Source of the DNA: Epiperipatus broadwayi
Lineage: Eukaryota; Animalia; Onychophora
Assembly (NCBI GenBank): GCA_028023455.1
Contig: JAQFVV010000001.1
Coordinates: 5,270,001-5,334,000 of the forward strand
DNA: 64,000 nt
Direction: 5' to 3'
The notes under the pieces are model-generated. The model searched no databases. It saw only the letters and a list, made by a program, of their open reading frames with translations, and was not told where the DNA came from. The position numbers were made by a program, and so were the translations under genes. The first letter of the stretch is position 1. Each line of letters begins with the position of its first letter. This document shows positions 26,215 through 39,106 of the stretch, in pieces.

Positions 26215-27779
26215 TTAGTTATTTTATAAAAAAATTTCTGCAAGTAATCATACATTAATTTATTTATATTAAAATAAATTTTCTTATTTCAAATTTGATT
26301 ATATTTACATAAATCTTTCTATCACAAGTAATATAAAATAATAACTTCTGAGTGTTTCAAAACAGGGATTTTATTCTAGATTTGAATTTTGTATATTAAA
26401 AAAAAAAAAAAATCAGCTTATATTATTGATCTATTTAAGTTTCATTATATGAAAAGGTAAAATAATTTTTAATTACCCAATTCAGAGCATAGATATTTTC
26501 TATAGCTACTTACAGAGGAATAGTAAATTGCTAGACAGTAAGGATTTGGAAGTTTTTCTTTCTTGAAAAACTGTTAAGAATCGCTACTCATTTCTGATCA
26601 ATAGATTGCAATAGGCTAATTACCAGTAAAAAAAAAAAAAAGTTCTAGGTCTGATAGGAATCAAATTTTTTTTTGCAAATTTTATGTCTCAATTTGAATC
26701 TGTGACATGGGCATAGCAAATGGCTGCACTATCACTGCACTAAAATTCTTATGTACACATACTAGTTACAAATGATTTTCAGAACAAGTAAGCAATCATA
26801 AAACACGTCTGCCATTTGTGGTTTTATTAAAAATTATTGTAGTATCTAGAGTTTAAAACAATCTCTACTATTATAAGTAAAATAATTTATAGTTTTAAAA
26901 CTGAATAAAAAAAGGATTTTGTTTTTCTCAATACCATTTGTTTTATCATAAATTAATTAAATAATTCTTCGGATCACTGGAAGTGAAATGTTTATTAATA
27001 AATTCTTCGAATTTTCAACTAGTTTTAAAAACACTCGCATGACTGGCATTGCAAATATGTAATTAAGAAATGATGAGGAATTATTAAATAAAATCAAGGA
27101 AATCAAATTAATAATCTTAAGATTAAGAATAACTATGCAACTAAGTACTATAACTGATAATAATTGATCATCGGTGGTAATCTGCCATTATTTACATTTC
27201 TGTAACATAATTTATTCAAAAATTTCAAATTTAAAGCTATTTCATCATAAAAATGAAGATCGTTATATTACAAAATTAATTATCAATAAAATGTTTAATA
27301 CATATTATAACAATGCATAAATTAACATTACGAATAGTTCAATCTAATGCTTCCAATAGCATTATCGATTTTCAACAAGTTTCCCCTCTGTATAACATAA
27401 TATGCTATCTGTTTAAAGATTTGTTACTTCAAATTATAATCCGGTTCGTGGGCAGTAAAAAAAAAAAAAATAACAGTATGGTCAGTTGCTGGAAGGTCAA
27501 ATGAAGTTTGAGGGCTGAGATCAAATAATGTAGTAAGATCATCAAAGAAAATTTTATAAGCAAATTTTTATCAAAAATTTCTGCTGTTTAGCATTTAAAA
27601 CTATGAAGAAACAGATTTCATTATCAATAGTAATTAACAAAACGATTTTAAAAAGATTTATACATTAATAATGTAATCATAAATAAATAAATGATATATG
27701 TTATTTTAGTCCAACATAATAATTTATATATTAAAGAAAATTAATTTTTAGTTACGTTTTGACAAAAATTAAAATTCCA

Positions 27780-27934
27780 TACCTAATTGTTTACAACTCC
27801 TTTCCGAGCAATGTTTTCCCAAACCAGGAAACTCCATTTTGATTAGAAAGCAAACTTTAAATGACGTAGCTTACATATGCAGGCAAATATATAGGCCCAT
27901 TTTGCTGACGTCATGTTACAGCAGTATTTTCAAA
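27780..27934 (+). promoter_or_regulatory. Proximal promoter / 5' UTR of the cyclophilin gene
   Basis: CRE/ATF palindrome TGACGTCA at 27906-27913 and a half-site TGACGTAG at 27862-27869; CpGs are retained from ~26950 to ~28450 while scarce in the flanks. Confidence 0.55.
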
Positions 27935-27998
27935 ATGGCAGCGACCGAAGAAGGGAATCCCCGCGTGTTTTTCGATATTACTATAGGTGAAGAACCAA
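27935..27998 (+). CDS. PPID: Cyclophilin-type peptidyl-prolyl isomerase (Cyp40/PPID-like), coding exon 1
   Basis: CAAAATGG start; MAATEEGNPRVFFDITIGEEP + 1 nt; GTAAGT donor at 27999. The symbol rests on the cyclophilin N-terminus only; no TPR exons lie in the window. Confidence 0.85.
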
Positions 27999-29229
27999 GT
28001 AAGTTTGCATTATTTTAAAAATTTACGAAGTTTAATAACTAAAAATTTATAGAACAGAAGTTAAAATAAGATTTATTTTTTTATTATATAATTTTGCAAA
28101 TTAAATTTATTTTATATTTCCTTGTGGTATTGTTGTAACCATGTGACTGCGCTTCTGTATTCATTTCTTGAATCTTTTAAGAGTTTTGCTTAGTCATAAT
28201 GTTTCAGCACAATTTATGAAGGTGTATTTTATTATTTGAAATTTTGTTAAATTCGTATTGGCAGAGTCAGATAAACCTACCTTTTTGATTAACGCAATGT
28301 TTTGTTTTTTTGAATGATACTTCAACGTTGCGATCGTATTATAATGTTACGACGCGAACTAAACGTTACTTTGGAAACGAATAAATGTTAATTTGTTATT
28401 ACTCTCTTCTGCTAGTTCCTGTTTGTTTTCTTCTTTACGTGTTGTTATCTATATATCTTTTATAGGGTATATTGTAAAATTTTAATCTTTTTAAAAAGTC
28501 ATTTAATGTCTAAATAGCGATTATGTATATTACTGTACATATAATAAATAAAATACTTTAAGCGGCCATTAAGTAAATTAGTTTTTATCTTAAAGATTTT
28601 AATTACTCAAGTATTATTAATGATTTATGTTTTAAGTACGAGAAATAATTATTATGAGATGTTTTTTTATATATAGATTGCTGAATGACTGTATTTAATT
28701 TGTTTTGATTTGAAAACAAGCTTTACATTATTATTTTTTGCATTTTTAATAAACCGTTTAAATAACTTGACATTTATGTGTGTGCTTATGTGTATGGTAT
28801 ATATTTCCTGTAAAAAAAAAATTGATATTTTAAAAGTTTAAGTTAAAGGAAATTAAATAACTTTAAATTATGTACATAACTTTAATTTTTAATTTTTCTG
28901 TTTTAGTTTTAAAAATATAATGAAGTTTTTAAAGTTAAAAGTAATAAAGTAAATGTATTTTAAACCTGATCAAAATATTTCATATTTTAAATATTCATTA
29001 TGCAAATATAATGTTATAAAGCTTTTGAAATATTTAATATATATTCAATTTGCCATGGAATAGATATTAAATAAGATTGCTTATAACCAAAATTGTGCGT
29101 TTTACTGCAAGATTTTATTAGTTTTCGATTGTCTTTCTTTTTTGTATATCTTTATGGAAGTCAAATAATAGTTCTATAAAAAAAAAATTCATTGTGTTTT
29201 ATACTTTGTTATAGAAGTGATCTTAAAAG

Positions 29230-29890
29230 AATATCGGAAATGACTAAAGAAAACAAATGGAAAACTACTCAACAAAGGTATGAGTTTATAGGATTGATAA
29301 TATCGAAATAGATATGGTGAACTATCTAAATCCATCAAAATCTAAATATATTATAAAAATAGGTATATAGAATGTTAAAAGTATGAACAAGCCTGAAATG
29401 ATAAATTTATTATCAGAGATAAAAAGGAAATAGCTAAATGTCTAGCACTATGAGATAAGGTGAATTAGCTGTGGAAAAAACAAGTTTTGTATTCTGGAGA
29501 CAAATGTAGGCATAACAATATCCAGAAACAATTGCACTTTACATTCTGTGAGTGAAAGATTGATAGTGGTAAAAATGAAAGCATTTCCAGAAATTTTGAT
29601 CATTATTCAGATATATTGGCCATTTTATAATATGATAATGATGAAGTAGAAAACACCTGAAGAAATTGAAAAAGTAATATGTGATATGATATTACAGTGG
29701 AAAAAAGGACAAAATTGTCAAAGATAATATGGTATGATGGATTAATACATATTTGTAGAGATAATAGCATGATAGTAATGACCGTATTTTAAAAAAAAAT
29801 CATGAGAATTTTCACATGGAAGTTCTAGCTGGTAAAATTTTAATTAGATTATGTTTTGATTCAAAATAAATTTAGAAACTTTTAAATGTG
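29230..29890 (+). mobile_element. Highly decayed RTE-like LINE endonuclease fragment
   Basis: Translatable remnants VSERLIVVKMKAFPEILIIIQIY (~29550-29620) and LDYVLIQNKFRN (~29845-29880). Confidence 0.55.
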
Positions 29891-29897
29891 CATAGTA

Positions 29898-30325
29898 AAT
29901 GTTGAATGTTTTGAAAAATTCTAACTTTATTTAAACTTTTTAAATAGATTCTATTTTAGTAATATTATACAGGTTAGTATATAACATAATATTCGGAGTG
30001 GTATTTTTCTCTCTTCAACTGTTGCTGACCTGATTAATGACAGTATTAGCATGGGGTTCTAAATATCCAGGTTTGATTCCTATGCAAATACTGTTACTGA
30101 TCATGTCAGCAACACCTGAAGGAGAGAGTAGAATAATACCACTTGAAACATTGCATTATATACTAATAAATATGTTATTTCTAATAACTGAATATATTTG
30201 AGAAGTTTAAGTAAAGTTTGAATTTTTCTAAAAACATTCAACATAGAATATTAGATAATGGAAGTAGTCCAACAGATAATTGCTACTAAAATAGCATTAT
30301 CACAAACTTTCAGGCAAATATTAAA
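29898..30325 (+). mobile_element. Family P copy 2: pLTR-only foldback
   Basis: ~29898-30055 is the reverse complement of ~30080-30240; homologous to 20690-20938 and 51400-51630, including the tail; no clear TSD. Confidence 0.75.
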
Positions 30326-30899
30326 AGGATATGTCAATATTATGGAGCTAATTCATATGCAGATCACAACTCAATACGGATAGAACTGAAAATTGACATG
30401 AAAGAAATGGTCAGTTGATAAATTAGAAAAAAATATTGGGGGGGGGGGGGAGGAATTAAAGATATTGGATTATAAAAAAAGTATAAATTATAGTAGCTTA
30501 ATTAATCATCATTAGCAACCACTCACAAACAATTTTAATTAACACTAGGATGAAAAAAAAAAAAGAACCAAAAATACTAAGTTCAAATTGAGTTTTAACA
30601 TGAGCCTGCACACCAGTTTATGAAATGCAAATATGTTCACATATATTATCAATAATTCTATTTGATATTTTACATTGCTGTGTTTTAATCTCTTCAGCAA
30701 TAACATTCTGACAAACGTCAACATCTTATCTAATTGTAGCTCTCCTTGCATTCTATTCTCATTTCTGTTTTTCCAATAAAAATATATCGCAATACAATAT
30801 AAAAACAATATTTTAGCTTTTTAGAGTGATAATCTTTATAATGTAATTGAAGTTTGCCTCATTCATGAAACTAAAAAAAAGATACTTTTTGGGGATTTT

Positions 30900-32300
30900 T
30901 TTACTCATTTATTTCTCATATCCATTCCTATGAAGATATGCTTTTAGAGTAATAGTTTTTCTAGTATCATATCCAGAAAGCTGAACATACTGATTGGTCT
31001 TATAATCTTTCTTTTATATATTGTGAATCTTATAGATCATTCTTTAATTAAATTTTTCTTGTAACTTTATGTTGATTCACTTACAATCAATAAATTAAAC
31101 AATAATAATCCTATATACATCTATTTTAGTGGCAATAACTATTTCACTATAATGAATTGGTCATCTTTTAAGTTGTTTAATGTAGCAGCATTGGAATCTG
31201 TGCTGCATTTTAAACATCCAAGACTGTTTCTATCAATTGAATTGACTAGATATTTAAATTATTGCATATTCTTGAGCTTTTAATCATCCAAATTAAGAAT
31301 TGCCTAATATTTTTTCCTATCTCTGACTGATAATGGACTTCACTCTTTGAATATTAATTACTTAACTAAAGTTCTTTATAAGTTGCATTTAAAACAGTAA
31401 TAATATTCTAGAGAAAGAAGATGTCACACTAGTAAATGCTGCAAATCTAGAAGCCAAGAAAACTCAACCATCAGACAAATCATATTTTTATGCCTATTTT
31501 ATAAAACAATCATTAAGCTAGTCTAAAGACTACTTTGATAAAAATAGAAAGCAAAGTTGGATTTAATAGATTGGTTTGTTTCATAGCAGTTTTTATTTCA
31601 AGTGCTTCAAATTTTCCACTTGAGATAATAACTTTTTCTCATTTCATTATTTAAAGAGCTGAAAAATATGAGTAAATTTTAATGGACAATTCGTTAATTT
31701 CAAGTACTGTTATAAACCTGTTTGTTTAATTGAGTCAAATGCCTTGACCAAATCAATATAAATCTTTTTTTTCTCCTGACACTTTTCTTATATTTGATTG
31801 GAAACATGTTCTAGCGATTATTGATTCTCAATAATCAGTGTTTTTGATATCCATCTGTGAGTGGAACAACCTATATGAACAAAATTCTTAAAAAAAACTT
31901 TCTATCTCCTTTACAGTTTGAAGCGATAAAAAATATAAGATCATATGGCATACAACTTCTTGGATTCATATATTTCTAAAAATTCCGATATATCATCATC
32001 ATATTTTAAAAAACTGGAGTATTTCATAAGGACTTATGGTCTTTTCATATTTAAGATTACAAAGAGTTGTTTTAACTTTATTAAGCTGGATGTCTTTGTT
32101 TAAATTTAAATGAATAGAGGTTGTATATAAAAATTAAAAGCTGTTACTTTTATTATTCAAAAGTTGATTAAAATTATACATTTGTTCGGAATATTATTAG
32201 CATTCAAAATAATGCTATGCCTGAATTAAATATGCATTAAAAAGATGTAAAGTTAATACAGTAAGCATATTACCAATTCCTTTGCAGTTTTAATGCATCA
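30900..32300 (-). mobile_element. Old LINE reverse-transcriptase remnant (CR1/L2-like)
   Basis: Minus-strand IYIDLVKAFDSIKQ (~31725-31770) and YKTNQYVQLSGYDT (~30960-31005); boundaries are approximate. Confidence 0.5.
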
Positions 32301-34189
32301 ATCATTTTTAAGTCTTTCTATTAGTTTTGAGCTTTTGCCTTTAAATCTCTGTATTATTTATCAAATTCTACCAAGTAGAAATATATATATATATATATTT
32401 AAAAATCAAGTCATAATAATAGAATCATTAATAATTAAGATGTGATCAGAATAAGAAGAGTATGGAATGGTTTCTTTTTAGATAAAGTCAGAAGTTGAAA
32501 GTGTATAACATTTGATACTATTAACCAAATTAAGCATCCTCATCCTTTTGTATCTTTTCATACTATATCCCTTAGCCCTTTTCAATCTATTAATGCAAAA
32601 TCAATCCGTCAATATTGACATTTTTATTTTTTTCTCCTGTTCTACTTTAATAAAAGTTGTTTTGTCAGCTAAAATATTATTTTATCATATTAAATACTTT
32701 GCATAAAAATCTTTTTGAAAAAAGAAAGCAATCTTTTTATGTTGTTTTGTTTTATTTAAAATTATGCTGCTTTTCTTACATTTTAAAAACAGATATTTAG
32801 TATTTTCTCTTTTACACATAAATTACATCTCCAAATCTAAATTATTTTAGCCTCTTTTTCTTGTTTTCAAAAACATGTCTCAAATAACATGAAAGTCCTA
32901 ATGTTATCAAATATTTTTTTTGTATTATTTATATATTATTATCTTTTTCTTATTTTCAAAAGCATCTGTCCTTGCCACAAATAATGTGAAACTTATAATA
33001 TCAAATATTTTTTTGTATTACAGTATATTATTTTTTTTATTCATTTTTTCATGTTTTTATCCTTTTGATCAATTTATTTATCCTCTTCTCATTCTTGTAA
33101 TTATGAATCTGGAATATATTTTCCCCATGATTGCAGAGTCAATTGGAAGAATTCAGACGTTTTCTTACAATTAATTATTTTTGAAAATTATGGGAAAGTC
33201 ATGTAAAGGAATAAAGCTAATATTCTATTATTGATGAAGATTGTTAATGAAGATTTTAGAAATGTTTTTATTGAATGTATAGAAAAAATTTTAAGTAATC
33301 TAGATTACTTCAATGGAACCTGAAATTAATTAATGGATCACTCACTTTTTGAATAGTCTGGAGAAGTTTGTATGGTAATGGACTTTCACTAAGCATCCAA
33401 ATCTATCGATTACCCTGTTCCAATACAGAGATAAAACGTAATCCATTAGGCTTGCTGAATAGAAGTCAAAACATTTATCATTTATTGAAATTGTGAAAAA
33501 GAAATAGAAAATTTATTTATGTTTTAATTGTGTGAATAAAATAAAAGGGAGGCTAGATAAATTTATGTGGTAGCTCAAATCAAATATATAAATTTAGAAG
33601 ATTCAAATAGTCTCACTATGAAAACATTAAACATATAAATAGTTAAATATGAAATTAAAATCAGTTCTCCTTTAGAAGTTAAGATGATTTTTTTGGTTAC
33701 TAGTTTAGAAAAGTGACTAGATTAATTTGATTATATATAAAGCATTTAACTTGTTTGTAATTTTAAAGAATAATGGGTTGATTATTAATTATAACTAGAA
33801 CATTGGGAATATATCACTAGATCCAGGTGAGCAAAAACATAAATGGAGGTGATAAGAAAGTGGGGAAAAAAGAGTGAAGTTTGTTTAGATCAAAGTAGAC
33901 TTTAAATCAATAAATCTGTCAGTTTCAAAATAGAATAGTAAGCTGAAAGTTTTCATCCAATGACTTAATTAAGTTAAAATGAGTCCTAGAAAGGATAGAT
34001 ACTAAATGAAAAAATACAATTTGAGAATAATTGAGTTGCTGTTTTAGTTTTTTAGTCTTTATTAATGAATCAAGAAAGGTTTTGGACAAAGTAGCTCTTT
34101 AAAGTCACTTTAACGGTTGATGTCTTTTTTGAATAATTTGAATTATGGTAAGGTATAACTGTTGAAAAGAATTATTTCTTTTATATTAG

Positions 34190-37100
34190 CTACAGGGTAA
34201 CCTTGTTAAATACAAATTTGATTGTCATATTTTTTAAAGATTTACATACATGAAATGATCATGAGATATTTTTAAGGCATTCTAATAATAATATAAATAT
34301 TTAATTTTTATTAGATAATTTCATTTATAAAAAAAAATCAGAAGGGATTAATATCTTTAAAAGTTGTTTATCATAAAAAACAAAAAACAAGAATGGATTG
34401 GGAAATTTATTTCTGAAAATGTTTTAAAAGATAATCTTTCTTGTAAAAAAAAAAAAATCATTTGGTCAAGGCTTAATGCAGTAATTTCTGAGATGACTGT
34501 GATTGGATGAAAGATTGTTTTTTTTTTTTTTAAAAGTATCTGAGCACTTGAATTCAATAGTTTCTGTAATGGGGAAGTTCAATGATCACAAGTTCAGCTT
34601 GGAAATGTGATGCTAGTTTGATCTCGAACTCTAGTTAAAAAAATGTTTGCAAAGCATATTGTGGACTTTTTAAGAGTCATGTGGTAACTGTTGCTAAAAA
34701 CTGATCATTATTGACCAAACTTTGTAATGAATCTCACTAAAAAGAATATAGAAGGAAAATAATACTCCCATTATACACCTTGTATATAATGTTACAAATG
34801 GTGCAATCAATATGTAATAGGCATTAACCTGTACTCTGTACCATTATAAATGAGCAATAATCACATAACTTAGAGCCCAAATGTAAACTTTACACTTGAA
34901 AAATAAGAACCTGTATTTATTATGTAAAATTATGTACAGCATATATAAATGTGAAATATGTGACAAGTGTATATATAAAAGTTTGGTTAGTAAATGTTAA
35001 TTGATTTATAGACTATAAAATAATGGTGATGATGTACATGTGAAGAATTCATATTTAAAGTAAAAGAAGGAAAGCAAGGTTTTTGGAAATTATTGTCATG
35101 CAACTCCATGAAATGTTTCTATCTCAGACACTGGATCAACTCATTTTCAAGTTTTTATATTGCTAGTTGCTTTTAATGAATAAAAGTTAATGCAGCCTTG
35201 TACCACAAAGCACAAAACTCAGAGGAGTAAGCTCAATTTTTAAGGGATATCCAATGTTAAGCCAGTAAACATCACATGATCATCATTTCTTATGCTAAGC
35301 AACTGCCTGTTTTGATATCCAGTGTTGGTTTATTATTACAATCGGCTTCTATTTATCAACAATTCTCATGTGCGAGGCTTCTGATTTTTGTTATTATTTC
35401 ATGTTTAGGCTTTAAGGTAGTATATAATGTTAATTAAATTGAGATAGTTCCTGTCTTGTCCATTCTGCATTGTATACTTATTGTTCATTGTTTGGATTTT
35501 TTATTTATCCCAGGATTTCAGGTCATTATTCAATTTTTTAATTGTCAAATACTAGTCAGATCTCTGGAAAAAGATTTCAATACATGGTTAATATATATAC
35601 TTTACTTATAAACATGTCTGTATGTCATGAAAAATATTGATGAGGAAGTTAGTCATACATGCACGAACAGGATAGAAATGGGAATAAAGAAAATAAATTA
35701 GACGGTTAAAAATTAGTTGAGACAGTCAGGTTCAAAGAAAGTTTGATCAGGATAATAGGTTATAGTGGAAGGTTGCATGGAAGGGTAGATGCTGTGAGGC
35801 TTATTTGATGAAATATTATTTTAGAAGTGTATATTTTTTATAAGATTAAAAATAATTGAATATAAATATATATATGCTGACAAAGGCAAAATTGAAAATA
35901 AGTGACAAAAGAACATAAGAAAAAGATCAGCACTCAACTGAAGGAGACTAGGGAATAGAGATGACAGTAAAGAGAAAAAGATAAAAGTTGTTAATGAAGA
36001 CTAAGGAAATTAATGAGAATAAATAGCCTAAAGATCAACCAAAACATTCTAGAAGTCATTCGCAATACAACGTAAATAATGGAAGAGGATACGAATCAGG
36101 ATAAAATCTAAAGAGAAACCAAAATATTCAAGAAGTCATTCACAATATGACCCAAACTATAGAGGAGGATAAAGATCAGGTTAAAAAAAAGATGCTATAT
36201 ATCGTGTGCAGTGTAGAATATAGAGATTAGTCGAAATAATAAATGAAATAGTGGAGAGGATGGGCAACTTCAAGAGTAAGATGGTCAGAAGAATAAATTA
36301 AGAAGTAATATGACGAGTGCAAAATCAGGTATCAACTATTAAACGAATTGAAGGAATGGAGAAATTGCGAAATGTCAGCTCATAGAGAGCATGAAAACAA
36401 CTTAAAAAAAAAAACAAATTAGGCAAAGATCTCACAAATGAACAAAGAGCAAGAAAAATATTTGGAATGAGTATGAAGAAGTATTACAGAAGGTTAAAAT
36501 TAAAGAAAGTTCAGAAGCAGAACTGATTCAAATTTTGGGAGTGGGGCCATAAGGAGAAAGCAAGTCTGCAAAATTCTGAGTTTTGCCAAGATGTCAATCG
36601 AGTTTTTAAGATAAGGTCATTTAAGGATGATACAAGAGAAACACCTCTGTTGATTATCTTATAGTTTAGAGAATAATTTTCATTAATCAGAATGAAAGAG
36701 CATCACCAGATAGCACTGGCTTACATTTACCTCTATGGAGCAGGAAATTATTTGTGAAAATAATTGTGACAAACCAAAAAATTTTCAGATGTAAGGATGC
36801 TGTGTTGAGTGAATACTAGATTAAAGAATGTCAGGATGGTATACAGTATCAAGTATCTAAATAAGTCAATTATTTTATATAGCGCGATGTTTTTTATAAA
36901 CAATAATATTTAAACAGCATTAAACTGTTGTACATGCGCTTTGGATTTTAAATATAAAATGAATGAATACTAACATTTCAACCACATGATAAAGTCTTTG
37001 GAAAAAATAGTATCAAGTATCATAAAAGTGATATAGAATAGATACAGGAAAAACCTATTCAATTTTTTTAGCACCAGGTATATTTCATTTTAATGCCTTG

Positions 37101-38400
37101 ATAGCTCTCTTTGTCAGATGGGCAAATAATTAGAATTATTAGGTATAATTTGCCATATAAGGTAGACCAAATGATTACACATGCAGATGTCAATTGAGGA
37201 GGTAACTGAATTGTTGAATTTTTTAGATATGAATCAATAAAAAGAATAGGTAGAAGGGATTTGGCTATTCCAATTTTCGAAATAGTCTACATGAATGATG
37301 GATAAGGCCTGTATAAATAATATAGCTGTCAAAAGAAATAAACAGTCCATGAGAGGAAGCATAGAAAAAAAGAAAGATTAATTGGAGTTTGGAAAGACCA
37401 GGAATAATTAAGAGGACTAATAGCTAGGACAATCTGAACAGTTCCCATCTTATCCCAGTCCTATTCAGGTGAAGATGATAGGCATGTTGTGAAACAAGGT
37501 TTTTACATTATTTATACTGCATCATGGGGAAAATGCCTTCATAGTAGATGAAAGGTACCTATTATGACAAGCTCTTGAGTCTTCCAAATAATGGGGAAAA
37601 AAGAATAGGAAAATAAAGATGCTTAAATGGGGGAGGAGGGTGAATGAGAAGAATGATTTCTTTTTATGATGGCTGCAGATTATTTGTTTAAGGATTTACA
37701 TATGTGAAAGGATCATGTGACAAATTTATGACAGTTTAATACTATCGTAAATATTTAATTTTTTATTAGATATAGTAATAAAAGCAAAGTTCATGTGTCA
37801 GGTCATATTTGTTTAAGAATTTACATACGTAAAATGATCATATGACAACTATAAAACGGTTTAATAATATTATAAATATTTAATTTTTTATTAGGTATAG
37901 TTGTAAATGAAAAAAAGGGAGGGAGGATATTTTATTTCTTGTATAGTTTAATTTTTTTTTTAAAAAAAATAGTATATTAAGATTTTTAAAAGGTGTTTAT
38001 CCATTAAAAAAAAAGTAAGAAAAGGGATTTTTATCATTGAAGTTAAGGCTTAATACAGTAATTCCTGAAATAGTCATATGATTGGATGGAAGATTGATAT
38101 CAGAGTTATTAAAAATAAAGGGTATATAAGCAACAATTCAGTAATTGTTCAGTATTGATGAGGTTCTGCAGTCAGATCAACTTGGAAGTCTGATGCTAGA
38201 TTGAGCTCATTAAGTAATATTTGCAAAGCAATATAATTAATAATAGTCACAAGAATCATGTAATAGGCTCTTGCTAAAAGTTTATCATTACTGACCCAAC
38301 TATGTAACCAATCTCACCCTAAGGAATGTACAGGGAAAATAATATTGTTAAATGTCTTGTACATACCATTACAAATGATGCAACCGTGTGGCTTGAATAC
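34190..38400. repeat. Diverged ~650-bp direct repeats (~34190-34860 and ~37780-38400) around decayed TE-like sequence
   Basis: Colinear shared blocks, e.g. TCAAGGCTTAATGCAGTAATTTCTGAGATG vs TTAAGGCTTAATACAGTAATTCCTGAAATA. Confidence 0.55.
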
Positions 38401-38934
38401 CCCTCACTCCATACTGCTTCATATAATATTTTATTGATTAATATGATTTTTTTTTGTATTTACATTTTTTTAATAGTAGTTCATCTGTAATTACATATCA
38501 GCATATTTTATTAAATTTATTAATATATACTGTATCGATTTATGTCTTATTTCACCAAATGTTTATTTTATTATAGTTATGATTTGGTTAGTGTAGTATA
38601 TATATTATAATAGTACAGACAAAAAATATATATCTCTATTTAACAAAAGTTATTGATTCTTGTAATAAGCAATTGCTTTATCTGTTAGTCTTGTACTGGT
38701 CGGAATTGTATGTCCATCCAATACGACCAAGAATCTGAACAAAAGTACCTCGAATCCAGTCATGCCCGAGATACACAGGTCAGTAGCAATCTTGAATTCT
38801 AACTTATTTGCCCATTCCCCAGATCCACTTGATTCCCGGTGATACAGATGATTTATTCAATTGCTGACCCAGAGACACAGCGGAGAAACATGAGAACTAT
38901 AAAAGGTTGATGATGTAATGGCATGAATTAAGTA

Positions 38935-39106
38935 AATGGTCATAAGGACTACTAGTATAATTATGACTACAAAAAGACTAACTAACAGATATTAAATATA
39001 TCATTGTTTTGAAACCTGGGAAATGGTCATAAGAATTACTAGTATAATTTTGATTACAAAAAGGCTAACTAACAGGTGTTAAATTTATCATTGTTTTGAA
39101 ACATGG
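38935..39106. repeat. ~86-bp tandem duplication
   Basis: Two adjacent diverged units AAATGGTCATAAG...GTTTTGAAAC(C/A)TGGG. Confidence 0.85.

Noticed and set aside
38935-39106. CRISPR-like array
   Set aside because: Only two adjacent units with no spacers, in a eukaryotic context; the same holds for 45543-45602 and 49442-49760.
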